A stretch of DNA of 63,786 nucleotides, the filler included, from Octopus bimaculoides (Eukaryota), in the NCBI RefSeq assembly GCF_001194135.2. It is 12 parts of 10 records of this genome, joined end to end, with 100 filler letters (N's around TTAATTAATTAA, not from the genome) between each part and the next. Parts side by side here need not be neighbours in the genome. Positions count along the whole stretch, not along the records: positions 51,633 to 61,920 come from NC_068982.1; positions 62,021 to 63,786 come from NC_068981.1; 10 more parts are not named here. One strand, written 5' to 3'. How positions within the stretch are numbered: position 1 is the stretch's first letter; every line of letters begins with the position of its first letter. A program made the translations under genes and the position numbers. Below, piece after piece: positions 52,986-63,786 of the stretch. Below the pieces are notes generated by a model. That model had not been told where the DNA came from, ran no database searches, and saw only the letters and a list, made by a program, of their open reading frames with translations.

Positions 52986-53558
52986 TTACATATGGAAATA
53001 AATGGAATATCCCTTTCGACAACAAAAGCGGCATAATTCGTATCAATATTACATGCAAAGATAATACTGTTTTAGCTGTGAAAAATTTAAAATGGTGCAG
53101 AGCATACACTGAAAATCCCACCACGATTTCCCCAAATACTTCAGTAGTTGCTAACATCAGTAGTAATGACAACGTTACCAATGCCACAAACTTCTATATA
53201 ACACAGACTACGCCTGTCACTTTTCTGAACTCCACTTCAAATAATATTTCCTCAACAAACATATCAAGCAGTCATCAACCAACATACAGTGTCAACACGA
53301 CAGTTACCTCTTACACAACATCTCCTTTGAGTCAAAATACTACACAAGAATCTTTAACGAGTCTTCTACCAACTAATCCACCAGATGTATGTACGTATGG
53401 ATGTACAGATGGATATACAGATGTATGTACAATACAGGAATCTATAGTAGTGAACTGTTCTGATACAAGTTATTGTAATTTTACCACATATTTAAACACT
53501 TCAAACAGTCTTTACTCGAACATCACTAACTTGGAGCTTTATGGGCAATGCATCTATG
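52986..53558 (+). CDS. Exon of a glycosylated extracellular protein: Cys-flanked, S/T/N-rich (possible split SUEL/Gal-lectin-like domain)
   Basis: Acceptor ttttttcag|TT, donor G|gtaaga; 573 nt, phase 1-1; 8 Cys, 15 N-x-S/T sequons counted by eye, central mucin-like tract. The exon call is solid; the domain name is inference. Confidence 0.75.
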
Positions 53559-53879
53559 GTAAGAAATTTCTCCATATCCATTCTTCATTATCATTGTCAT
53601 TTAATACAATCACCAAAAAACATCAATGAAGACCGTGTAGAAATGTTTTTACTAAAGTTTCTCTCTCATTACTAACATTTTTCCAAAATCTATTTCTACA
53701 AAAGCCAACTATTACTCTATGTCTTCTTTGAAAAGTGGTCAACAAATGAGAAAATGGTCTGTCAGAAGACTCCTTCACTAATTTTAGTTGTCAGAATACA
53801 TCATCCATCAAAAATTCCATGTTTCCTGAAATTCACCAACACTAAACCTGATGTACATACACACCTTTTCCTCTTCATG

Positions 53880-54670
53880 GATTTTTTACTGTTCTCTATT
53901 CTGTCTTATGTGTACAGCAGTTAACAGCCCTACTAGCTCTTCATCATTTCTAGCAAACAGCTTCAGATTGTCCATATAAAACAAATGGTTTATTATAATA
54001 TTATACACTTTGAACCCATACCTGGTGTTACTCAATTCGTTTGAGAGTGGGATCAGTACCATGCAAAAGAGTAATGGGGAGAGGGAGTCACCTTGAAAGA
54101 TGCCTCGTTTGATGTTGATGTTGTTAGATTGGCTCAGCCCATTACTATGGTGTTGGAAAAGACATGTATTCCACTTGGCCATGTTACCTTATAAGAATTT
54201 GGAGATGACAGGAGAGATTTTATATATGTCAAGGGTCTTGAGTAGACCATTATGTGGGACACTTTCCTGTAGTCTATCCATGACATACTCAGGTTTTTCT
54301 TTTTGCTTTGGCAATTCTCTATAATCATTTTATTATTATTATTATATGAAACCTCACAGCTTATTTTGCTGGGTATGATGGAAAGTGTCAGTTGTCCACA
54401 ACCAGCAGACTAAGGTAACACTTGTTTATTGGTCATGCTTCAAGAACCCTGCAAAGAATTCATGCAGTTCCAAACAATGCTGAATTTTGTAGGTGTTCTA
54501 CCTTCACTTTTGCACCGATCTTTTTGAGCAACGTTGGTTGTTGAGTGCTGATACTTCCAAGTGCACCAATTACTATTGGTACCACATCTACTCTCCTCAT
54601 TGACCACAACCTTTGTATTTCCCACTTTAAATCATCATAGTTGTTTATTTTTTCTTCTTCTATCACATTC
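53880..54670 (-). mobile_element. Two abutting R4/Dong-like LINE fragments (RLE 3' end with TAA tail, then an RT fragment)
   Basis: 54460-54666(-): EEKINNYDDLKWEIQRLW..VVPIVIGALG..LQNSALFGTA. 53886-54182(-): IKRGIFQGDSLSPLLFC..HLFYMDNLKLF. Confidence 0.8.
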
Positions 54671-55139
54671 TATAATTCTGAATTGACTCGAATAGAAAAA
54701 TGTGTTGCTCAAGGATTTCAGTTTGAACAATTTTCATAATGTTTCATACTTAGATGCTTTTATTAAATTCATTCAATCTTCGAATTAAATGGTTAGATTT
54801 ACTGTCAGGTGACTTTTGGCTAACCCTGTATGTGTATATCATCATCATGGCCGCAGCTCTAAGCTGAAACTATAAATAAATAAATAAATAAAAATCATCG
54901 TTTAACGTCCACTTTCCATGCTAGCATGGGTTGGACGATTTGACTGAGGACTGGCGAACCAGATGGCTGCACCACGCTCCAGTCTGATCTGGCAGAGTTT
55001 CTACAGTTGGATGCCCTTCCTAACACCAACCATTTGTTTCAGTCTGCAAATATGTTCTCAGCCATGCAAAGTTTGGCTCTGAAACAGAATGACAGACAGA
55101 ATGCATTATGTCTATATTTTAAAAGAAAACAATTTTGAT

Positions 55140-55486
55140 TTATTTGCTACTTGTTTAAGTCATTGAATAGAAACCATACTGGGGCATAACTTCATGGTTT
55201 TAGTCAAATAAATCAATCCTAGTATTCATTTTGTTCTATCAATTTCTTTTGCCAAACCACTAAGTTACAGGGGAACAGACACAAAGACACACCCACAAAC
55301 ACAGGCACAGATACACATCCACAAACACACATACTCACAGTTTCCATGTACCAAATCCACTCACATGACTTTGATCATCTTTGGGCTATAGTAGAAGACA
55401 CTTGCCCAAGGAGCCATGTGGTGGGACTGAGCCCTAAGTCACATGGTTGGCAAGAGAACTTCTTAATCATACAGCCATTACTACAC
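55140..55486 (-). mobile_element. SINE family 1, CpG-eroded copy
   Basis: Colinear with the reverse complement of 24695-25097, with many CG to TG/CA changes. Confidence 0.7.
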
Positions 55487-55539
55487 CTAAAAATTATAAA
55501 ATAAATGTAAATGAATGTATTTATTTTTGTATTTTGCAG

Positions 55540-55857
55540 AAGAACACAGACTAGAATTTTGTGAGGAAAACAAATTAGAAGGAACCATTATTTTCCTTCA
55601 TGAACCTCTGAAGAGTTTGAATAATTTCACATGCTCTTGTACAGCAACAAGTAATGACACACTTCAGATAAAGGTAATAAATGTTGTGACAAACAAAACA
55701 GTTAATGCTTCAAAGGAAGAGATTACCAATTTTTTAAAGCTGAATGACATAATTGTAACCAACACAGGATTATTCAACTTCACAAGTAATAATATGGTTA
55801 ACATGACTTTCCATAAAGAAATGAATGAAACTTATCAAATGTGGCTGAAAATATCCT
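55540..55857 (+). CDS. Exon encoding a CUB-like beta-sandwich domain
   Basis: Acceptor ttttgcag|AA, donor T|gtaagg; 318 nt, phase 1-1. EEHRLEFCEENKLEGTIIFLHEP..NFTCSCTAT..MWLKIS with 7 sequons. The domain name is inference. Confidence 0.7.
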
Positions 55858-56155
55858 GTAAGGCTTTTTATTTACCTTTTGTTTCTGTTCTAAATTTGAA
55901 ACTAAACATAAAACTAAAGATAGATTTATAGTAAGCTGTGGTTTAGCCATGGCTATCAGTGAAGGCATAACAGTATGGTTAAGAAGCTTGCTATCCAACC
56001 ACATAGTTTCTAGTTATAGTCTCATTGCATGACACCTTGGGCAAGTGTCATCTACTTTAGACCTGAGTTGACCAAAGACTTGTAAGTGGATTTGGAAGAC
56101 AGAAACTGAAAGAACCCTGTCTATATATGTTTGTGTGCATGTGTGTGTGTGTACA

Positions 56156-56212
<57 letters not shown>

Positions 56213-57581
56213 ATTCTTGTTCTGACATCATGTGATAGTAGTAAATAAGAATCGTCATCATACAAGCAAGGTTGTTGTTGACTTTCCTAACAATAAGAAA
56301 ATATCACCTTGCTTCAGAAACAGGAAAAGTTTGGTGACAAGAAAGGCATCTTGCCATAGAAACTTTGCCTCAACAATAGTAATGATGATGATGATGATGT
56401 AATGGCAAATTTCATGACCCGCTCACACACTTCTTTTAATCAGGAGAAAAGGTGGTGTCCATGATCCTTTCAGGACTTTTAAAATTTGTCAGAGATAAGG
56501 AAGAAACCTGAATACGTGAAACAGAGAGGATTCTGCAAAAGGCACTTGGGTGCCAGGAGTGATAGTGTAAAAATCAGATGGCAGATACAGACTATCAGAC
56601 AAATAGGCCATGAAAGAATTTGACCTCAGAATGCAAAGAGCTAGAACAAACACTACAAGGTGTATGGTCTGACATTCTTACAGTTCTTTTAATTCACTAC
56701 CCTGGATTGGTATCTTTTTTATCAACCCTGAAAGGGTGAAAAGGAAAGTTACCCTTCGTTAGATTTGAACTTGGAGTGTTGAAGGTAAGACCAAATACCA
56801 TTAAGCATTCAAACCAATTCTCTAACGATTCAGTCAATTACTCACTTTATGGTGCTGAGTTATAAGTGAGCTATCAGCACTCTCTGCCATAACCTCAAAA
56901 GAACATCCAAAATCTGACAGCTGAAGGGAAAGTTGGCATTCACTTTAACTGCATAAACATGAAATGAAGTATTTTTCACAAGGACACATGCACCATCTAG
57001 TTCAAGAATCAAATCCATGATCTCATTATCATAAGCTTAAGACCCTGCTGCTAATATTCTGTGTGGCTTTCTACAGTATAATTTGCCCTCCATTGGTGAC
57101 AGCGATGAGGTTTCCAGTTGATCTCATCAACAGAACAGCCTGCTCATGAAATCAATATGCAAGGCTAAGCATTCCACAGACATGCATACCCTTAACATAG
57201 TTTTTAGGGAGATTCAGCATGACACAGAATGGGACAAGGCTGGATCTTTGAAATACGGGTACTACTCATTTTTGTTGACTGAGTGGACTAGAGCAATATG
57301 AGATAAAGCATCATGCTCAAAGACACAACATGCTGCCAGGAATCAAACTTACAACCTTACAATCATGAGTGAAATACCCTAATCACTAATCTACTTTGTA
57401 TAGTACATCCATGCTAAGTATATACAGGATGTTATTTTGTCATAATGATGCTTCTGTTGGTAGTAACATCAAAATATAGTTATCATCACATCATGAATAA
57501 TGTATTTTAAGACCATAAATATTTTCTTTTTTCTCTTTTTAAAATCCAAATATATATACATATATATATATATATATGCAG

Positions 57582-57629
57582 CGGAAGAACAGCACAAAGT
57601 CAGTGTTGAATGTAAAGAAATTCCCAAAG
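57582..57629 (+). CDS. 48-nt micro-exon
   Basis: tgcag|CG ... AAAG|gtaaat; phase 1-1; (S)EEQHKVSVECKEIPK. Including it avoids the TAA that direct splicing of 55857 to 61532 would create. Confidence 0.55.
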
Positions 57630-57841
57630 GTAAATATTCTGCTTCATTCTCATAACTAGTAGAAATAAATGTTAAATTATATTTAGAAAAATAAAATAGA
57701 TGAGGTACAAGTAGTAAAAGCTGTGAAGTCTCACCTCACATTCTTGGTAGCATTTTATATCTACTTTGTGTAAATACATATAATCACTCTTAATATGCTT
57801 TTCTTTCTCTCTGTACACACACACACACACATATATATATA

Positions 57842-58310
57842 CAGGGTGCATAAGATATTTGAAGACAGATTTATGTTTATTAAAAAAAAAAACAGATATA
57901 TAATAACAGGTAATAACTTTATTTATCAAAAAATGCTATGAGGATAAAAATAAACCTACTTTTCTGTAATGTTTTTCAATAAAGCTACCTTCAGCTTCAA
58001 CAACTGCTTCTATATGAGATCTAAATCATCTACATGCTCGAATCAAGTGGTCCTGGTTCATTTTGGACATTACTCTAACTATGATAGCTTTCAAAGAATC
58101 TTCGGTGTTATGGGCATGTTCATTGACTTCTTTCTCAACAACACTCCACATGTAATAGTCCAATGGATTGGGATATGAGGAATGAGGAGGCCAAATATTA
58201 GGGGTTATGTTATCATGAAAATTTCCAGCCATCCATTCTTGTGTTACTAGAGCCATGTGTGATAGTGCAGAGTTTTACTGAAATGCATATGGCCTTCCAT
58301 TGCATACACT
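57842..58310 (-). mobile_element. maT/DD37D-like transposon 3' end
   Basis: ORF 58026-58256(-): IWPPHSSYPNPLDYYMWSVVE..SLKAII..LIRACR; ta-cagggtgc terminus at 57840. Confidence 0.7.
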
Positions 58311-58824
58311 GTCTATCCAAGGCTTAACAATTATTTCCAGGACAACTATTTCCATCCTAGCTCTCTGGTTTATATTTACAGAAAAAAAAAGTAGGGAAAC
58401 ACTAAGTGTAAAGGGACCAGTTTAAGCAAAGTATTTTTTCTGTCAGATAGATAAATATTTTAGAACTTAAAGTTGCTCAAGACTGGAGATCTACGTCTAT
58501 GTGCATCTTTTTATTTATTAGTGTATTTATGTCATTATGTAGAAAAAAAAAAAGAAACAACAAAATAACAGTAAAAAAATCCCAGCAAACATTTTCAAAA
58601 TGATNNNNNNNNNNNNNNNNNNNNNNNNNNNNNNNNNNNNNNNNNNNNNNNNNNNNNNNNNNNNNNNNNNNNNNNNNNNNNNNNNNNNNNNNNNNNNNNN
58701 NNNNNNNNNNNNNNNNNNNNNNNNNNNNNNNNNNNNNNNNNNNNNNNNNNNNNNNNNNNNNNNNNNNNNNNNNNNNNNNNNNNNNNNNNNNNNNNNNNNN
58801 GGTTAAAGGTAATATGGAAATATA

Positions 58825-59530
58825 CAGGGGTTGGACAAAATAATGGAAACACCTGAAAATTTCAAACAAATTTATTTTAATATGGGGTAGGACCACCTTT
58901 GGGAGTAATTACAGATTGAATTCTACGAGGTATGGACTCATACAAAGTTTGAATTGTTTCCAAAGGAATTTTTGTCTATTCTTTAGCTAAAACAGTCTCC
59001 AGTTCTTGTAGTGGTGATGGCGGAGGATATCGACTCCTTACTTGTTTTTCTAAAATGCACCATAAATGTTCAATAATATTGAGATCTGGGGGCTGTGGTA
59101 GCCAGATAAGATGTTCAACTTCACTAGAATGTTCCTCATGCCATTCAGTAACAACTTTAGCTGTGTGAATTGGTGAATTATCATCCTGAAAGATTTTGTT
59201 GCAAAGCATTTAGAGTGGAGTAAAAACCTACAGAATTGGTCCCAAGAGCAGTGGAAGAATGTTCTTTTCTCAGACAAGTCATCCTTTACCGTATTTCTGA
59301 CCATCAGCCGAGTATACGTGTAGAGACAGCCAAAAGAAGCATTTGTCCCAGACTGTCTTCTTCCAATTGTTAAACATGGAAGAGGATCTGTGATAATCTG
59401 GGGGGCTAAATCTTGGAAATCTGCCGGCCCAATGGTTTCCCTTCATGGCAGAATTAATAGTCAAGACGATTTAAGCATTTTATCTGATAAAATTCATCGT
59501 ATGGTTGCAGAACTGTTTCTGGAGGGAAAT
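58825..59530. mobile_element. Tc1-like transposon with internal inversion (same family as 33428)
   Basis: TIR cagggggttggacaaaataatggaaacacc-like at 58825. 58825-59194 encodes FQDDNSPIH..PQPPDLNIIEHLW on (-); 59195-59530 encodes NVLFSDKSSF..GSVIIWG on (+). Confidence 0.75.
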
Positions 59531-60199
59531 GAAAAGAGTTACAGCAAAATTTGCACCTCACTTGCTCACAGTAAATCAAAAGCAGTCATAACTGAATGCA
59601 TTTCGTGAACTGAAAGAACAATTGGAAGTTCATCCAGACCTTTTTTCAAAGGTGCAACAATGGTGATGAAAGCTGGTGCTGCAGAATTGGCAGATGTGGA
59701 AGGAGTGAAGAAAAAAATGACTGGCATTAAAAAGCATCACTTCGCAAGAGTTCCAGCACTGGTTTAAACAGGGGAAAATGCATCTGGACTGATGCATTGC
59801 TTCAAATGGATAATATTTTGAAGGCAATAAAAGTATAAACATATAAAACTAAGTGAATAAAATAACATTGTAAAACTTTGGTTTCTTTTGGGTACCCCCT
59901 CGTATATACATATATTACAAGGTAGCATCTGGTTAATGTCTGTTACCATCTTGCATTGTCTCGTCGTGAGAAGTAAGATTTATTTGCCTGTCGTGGTAAT
60001 GAAATGAGAATGAGATGTAAGGGGACAATGTTTTTGAGATTCCAGTTCGAATGTAAGGCAGGTCTGAAAGGGTTCCCAACAGTTATTAGTAGGAGTGGTA
60101 GAATGTTTATGATGAATATGTATATATGCACATGTATATGTGAGGTAATAGTTTCATTATAATAATGAAAGTATTGAACTGAGAGTATATCATATTGCA

Positions 60200-60400
60200 G
60201 TAGAGAGATATTATTGTTTCACATTTGACACGTAATACTGTAATACTGTAATAGTGTAAGAGATAAGAGATTACTGTGGTCTCGCACTAGGCAAAAAGTT
60301 TGACGCATGACATTACACAGACTGTAAGTAAGGCATGTGTAAAATTTGGATGAAATCAGTTGGGTAATTCTCGAGTTTTAGGGATTCACACAGACACACA

Positions 60401-60437
<37 letters not shown>

Positions 60438-60720
60438 TCTCATCTTTATATATATAGATAACTAGCAGAGATACCCGGCGTTGCCTGTGTTACATGCAAT
60501 AGAAGAATTAGACTTTTCTGTTATATTTTCTCTAATGAACTGGAATACCTATGATTCGAATTTCATCAAAATTGCAGATGCGGGTTCTTTCCCTCTTTAC
60601 ACACCATAAAAAAATTCCCATACTACTGATCTTTATGCGCAGATTCCAAAATTCCAGTCTTATGGAACCTGTTAAAAGGATTTTGCTCCTGAAAAATGGA
60701 GATCATGGAGCTCTAAAATG
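60200..60720. mobile_element. Helitron/Helentron-like fragments, back to back
   Basis: 60200-60455 matches 10670-10930; 60460 begins aactagcagagatacccggcgttgc, a Helentron-like terminus. Confidence 0.5.
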
Positions 60721-60927
60721 TGGGAGTTAAGGCCCCTATTGGGGATGGGTGTCTTAATGTCAACAAGAGAAGGTGAATTGTTGAGAATCTTTTTGACTTG
60801 GGTGTTATATCTAGTGTTTGAATTTCTTTGAAATAGGAACTATATGTATGTTCACTGGGTTTGTAAAAGAGAGCAAAGCTACAGGAAACCAAAAGACGAA
60901 TGATCACAATAAGCAGTCAGCTACCCT

Positions 60928-61350
60928 CCTGTGCATGCATATGTGTGTGTGAGTGTGTGTGTGTGTGCATGTATGTGAGTGCATATATGTGTGTGTGTGT
61001 GGATGCATGCGTGCATGTGTACATGCATATGTGTGCATGCATGTGTGTGTGCATGCATGTGTGTGTGCATGCATGTGTGTGTGCATGCATGTGTGTGTGT
61101 GTGCATGTGTGTGTGCATGCATATGTGCATGTGAGTGTGAATGTGTGTGTGCATGTATGTGAGTGCATATATGTATGTGCGTGTGTGTATGCATGCATGC
61201 ATGTGTGTGTGCATGCATATGTGTGTGTGAGTGTGTGTGTGTGTGTGTGCATGTATGCATGTATGCATGCATGTATGTGAGGGCATATAGGTATGTGTAA
61301 GTGTGTGTATGCATGCATGCATGTGTGCATGTGCACTTGCACACATGAAT
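60928..61350. repeat. Compound (TG)/(TGCA) microsatellite
   Basis: Directly visible; the source of several spurious His/Thr and Cys/Val ORFs. Confidence 0.9.
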
Positions 61351-61531
61351 GTGCATTAGGAACTGACTTGGACTATACCAACCTAACCAATGCTATCAGA
61401 GAAAGTGGCAGTTTGATGATGACAAATGTATTTATGCTTTTATGTTTTTATGTCTGCATGTAAAAAAATAGAAAAAGAAGAAAAAAGATGGAACACACTT
61501 TCTAAAAGCAATAAAATTTCTTTTATTTCAG

Positions 61532-61564
61532 AAGCGGTAGTATATGATGCTGAGTTTTTCACAG
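61532..61564 (+). CDS. 33-nt micro-exon
   Basis: ttttatttcag|AA ... ACAG|gtatgt; only the phase-1 frame is open: (E)AVVYDAEFFT(G). Confidence 0.55.
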
Positions 61565-62020
61565 GTATGTGATAAATTAAGTCTTAAACATAAAAGATTG
61601 TTGTTTTTCCATTTTAAATTGTTTTATAAGAGACAAAGCAATTTATGAAATTCCAAGACACATATTTCCTATTTCATCTACTTTGAGTTCTAACTTTGAA
61701 TTGGAAGAAAAAGATGTTTTATGCAAGGCACCTGCATGGAAGTTTGGTTAAGGAGTTTGCCATCAAACCACATAGTTTCAGGTTCAGTCCTACTGCATAG
61801 TACCTTAGGCAAGTGTCTCCTGCTATAGCTTTGGACTGACCAAGCCTTGTAGAAAGATTTGGCAAATGGAAACCCAAAAGAAACATCATATATATATATG
61901 TATGTATATATGTATATATANNNNNNNNNNNNNNNNNNNNNNNNNNNNNNNNNNNNNNNNNNNNTTAATTAATTAANNNNNNNNNNNNNNNNNNNNNNNN
62001 NNNNNNNNNNNNNNNNNNNN

Positions 62021-62241
62021 ATGTGACACACGAAACCTGTGTCCTTTATAACCTTCCACTGAAATTAGATAAATAACCTTCGAACAGATAGTCAGCAGCG
62101 CCGCCTGGCTGGAGCTTGGCTGCTCTGCATTGACAAGGGGCAACACCCTGAAACTAGTCTGCAGATGCCAAACCAGCAGGGGGAAACTGCTGACCTCCCC
62201 TGTTCGAAGGTTATAAAGGACACAGGTTTCATGTGTCACAT
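62021..62241. mobile_element. MITE-like element with 36-bp TIRs
   Basis: atgtgacacacgaaacctgtgtcctttataaccttc matches the reverse complement of the right end with 1 mismatch. The left end abuts the N gap. Confidence 0.7.
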
Positions 62242-62964
62242 AGCTAGCTAGAAGCGATGGCTTCTTGGAGCTAATTCACGGCAGCTTTCGTCCTAATTTT
62301 GGGACTGCCATGTTGGCTTGGCGATAACTATATATATATATATATATCAAAATAAGCAACAGGATATCCAAAGGTGATGCAGTACCACCGTTTCAAACAG
62401 CTCCATTTAATTAAACAATGCAATCATAACATCAATTTAAATACAGAGCTATCCTCAGCTGCATAAATAAATAAATAGAATTAATTTAAACAGTGGGGGC
62501 ACATTTGTATAATTTTACTTAAATCCTCTAAGAGAGTAAGAAGACAGATAAAATCCACTTGGCTAGGAACTTGGCTAGAAACCAGTATTGCAATGATGAT
62601 GACACCATATCTGCTTTTGCTGATCATTTTGACCACCAAGATGAAAGCTTCTTCATCAATGGGATTCAAGCACTGCAACGTGAATGGGAGAAGTGTGTGG
62701 ACCACAAGGGGAAATGTGCTGAAAAATAAATCTCATTTGGTCACATTCCATGAGAGTATCTTTGTCGGTCTAGGAACTTTTCAGTTGACTCTTGTAAGAA
62801 ATTAAATAAATGGCAAAGGAATATAAAATCATGCTGTGAACTTCATTAGCTCACAGTTGTTTCTGCTATATGATGCAGTGCACTCTTAACTGAGTGTTTG
62901 TATGTCACCTTATAACCTTGTTAGAGTTTCAGAAATTAAGTGCAATTTTCTGAGACATTTTGCA

Positions 62965-63004
<40 letters not shown>

Positions 63005-63376
63005 GTTAGAAATAGAGTACAGAGTTAGAATGATAAAAGCTACTCCTAGAAGTATATAGATTTAGAATATGAATATGTATGTGTGTATATAGACAGGTAT
63101 ATGATGAACTCCTATATAAATACTTATTTATATGCATACATAAAATATAGGCAGAATATGTATGTAAATACATATTGTTGTCAACAAGGACCCATTTCCG
63201 AGTATATCGTACATTTCAGTCTGAAGGTGTGATGGTAGGGGTTCATTTGTGCTGTAGGGGATGATGGGCTTTCTGATAGCTAATAATCCCGATTCTTGCT
63301 CTAAACAGCCTATTGCAAGAATCACATTAGATTGTTGGTAAATCTTTGAATAAGGAGGTTTACAATGTCACAGGAA

Positions 63377-63457
<81 letters not shown>

Positions 63458-63525
63458 NNNNNNNNNNNNNNNNNNNNNNNNNNNNNNNNNNNNNNNNNNN
63501 NNNNNNNNNNNNNNNNNNNNNNNNN

Positions 63526-63751
63526 NCTCTTTACTCTTTTACTCTTTTACTTGTTTCAGTCATTTGACTGCGGCCATGCTGGGGCACTGCCTTTTTAGTC
63601 GAGCAAATCGACCCCAGGACTTATTCTTTGGAAAGCCAAGTACTTATTCTATCGATCTCTTTTGCCGAACCGCTAAGTTACGGGGACGTAAACACACCAC
63701 CATCGGTTGTCAAGCGATGTTGGGGGGACAAACACAGACACACAAACATAT

Positions 63752-63786
<35 letters not shown>
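63526..63786 (-). mobile_element. SINE family 1 3' half, near consensus
   Basis: ctcttttactcttttacttgtttcagtcatttgactgcggccatgctgg.. is the reverse complement of the tail at 25040-25097. Confidence 0.8.

Noticed and set aside
55857-61532. Direct splice from the CUB-like exon to the 33-nt exon
   Set aside because: It creates an in-frame TAA; the 57582-57629 micro-exon resolves this.

Overview
AT-rich, microsatellite-dense animal genomic DNA. The SINE families look like those of octopus/coleoid cephalopods; this is recognition from memory, not a database search. The window is a mosaic of 12 short scaffolds (about 1.7-10.6 kb) joined by 11 identical 100-bp linkers (N44-TTAATTAATTAA-N44), so order and orientation across linkers are unreliable. 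Behind many spurious microsatellite and N-spanning ORFs, I could build four phase-consistent GT-AG exon chains, all on the + strand. (1) 11128-19577: five exons encoding a LECT2-like/peptidase-M23-fold domain that has lost a zinc ligand, then a helical region and a Cys-rich module. (2) 23929-24610: a VWA domain with a degenerate MIDAS site plus a short stop exon. (3) 25890-32315: five exons resembling the central lipid-binding region of an apolipophorin-like large lipid transfer protein, truncated at a linker. (4) 52986-61564: four phase-1 exons of a heavily N-glycosylated extracellular protein (Cys-flanked mucin-like exon, CUB-like exon, two micro-exons). Chains 1 and 3 may be misordered parts of one giant lipoprotein gene carrying a LECT2-like module, which is the best candidate for an undescribed system here. 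The remainder is tRNA-derived SINEs, R4/Dong-, CR1-, RTE- and Penelope-like retroelements, Tc1/mariner relics and MITEs, Helitron-like fragments, a divergent tRNA-Asp and a 277-bp foldback with head-to-head telomeric repeats. No CRISPR array, rRNA or prokaryote-style gene is present.
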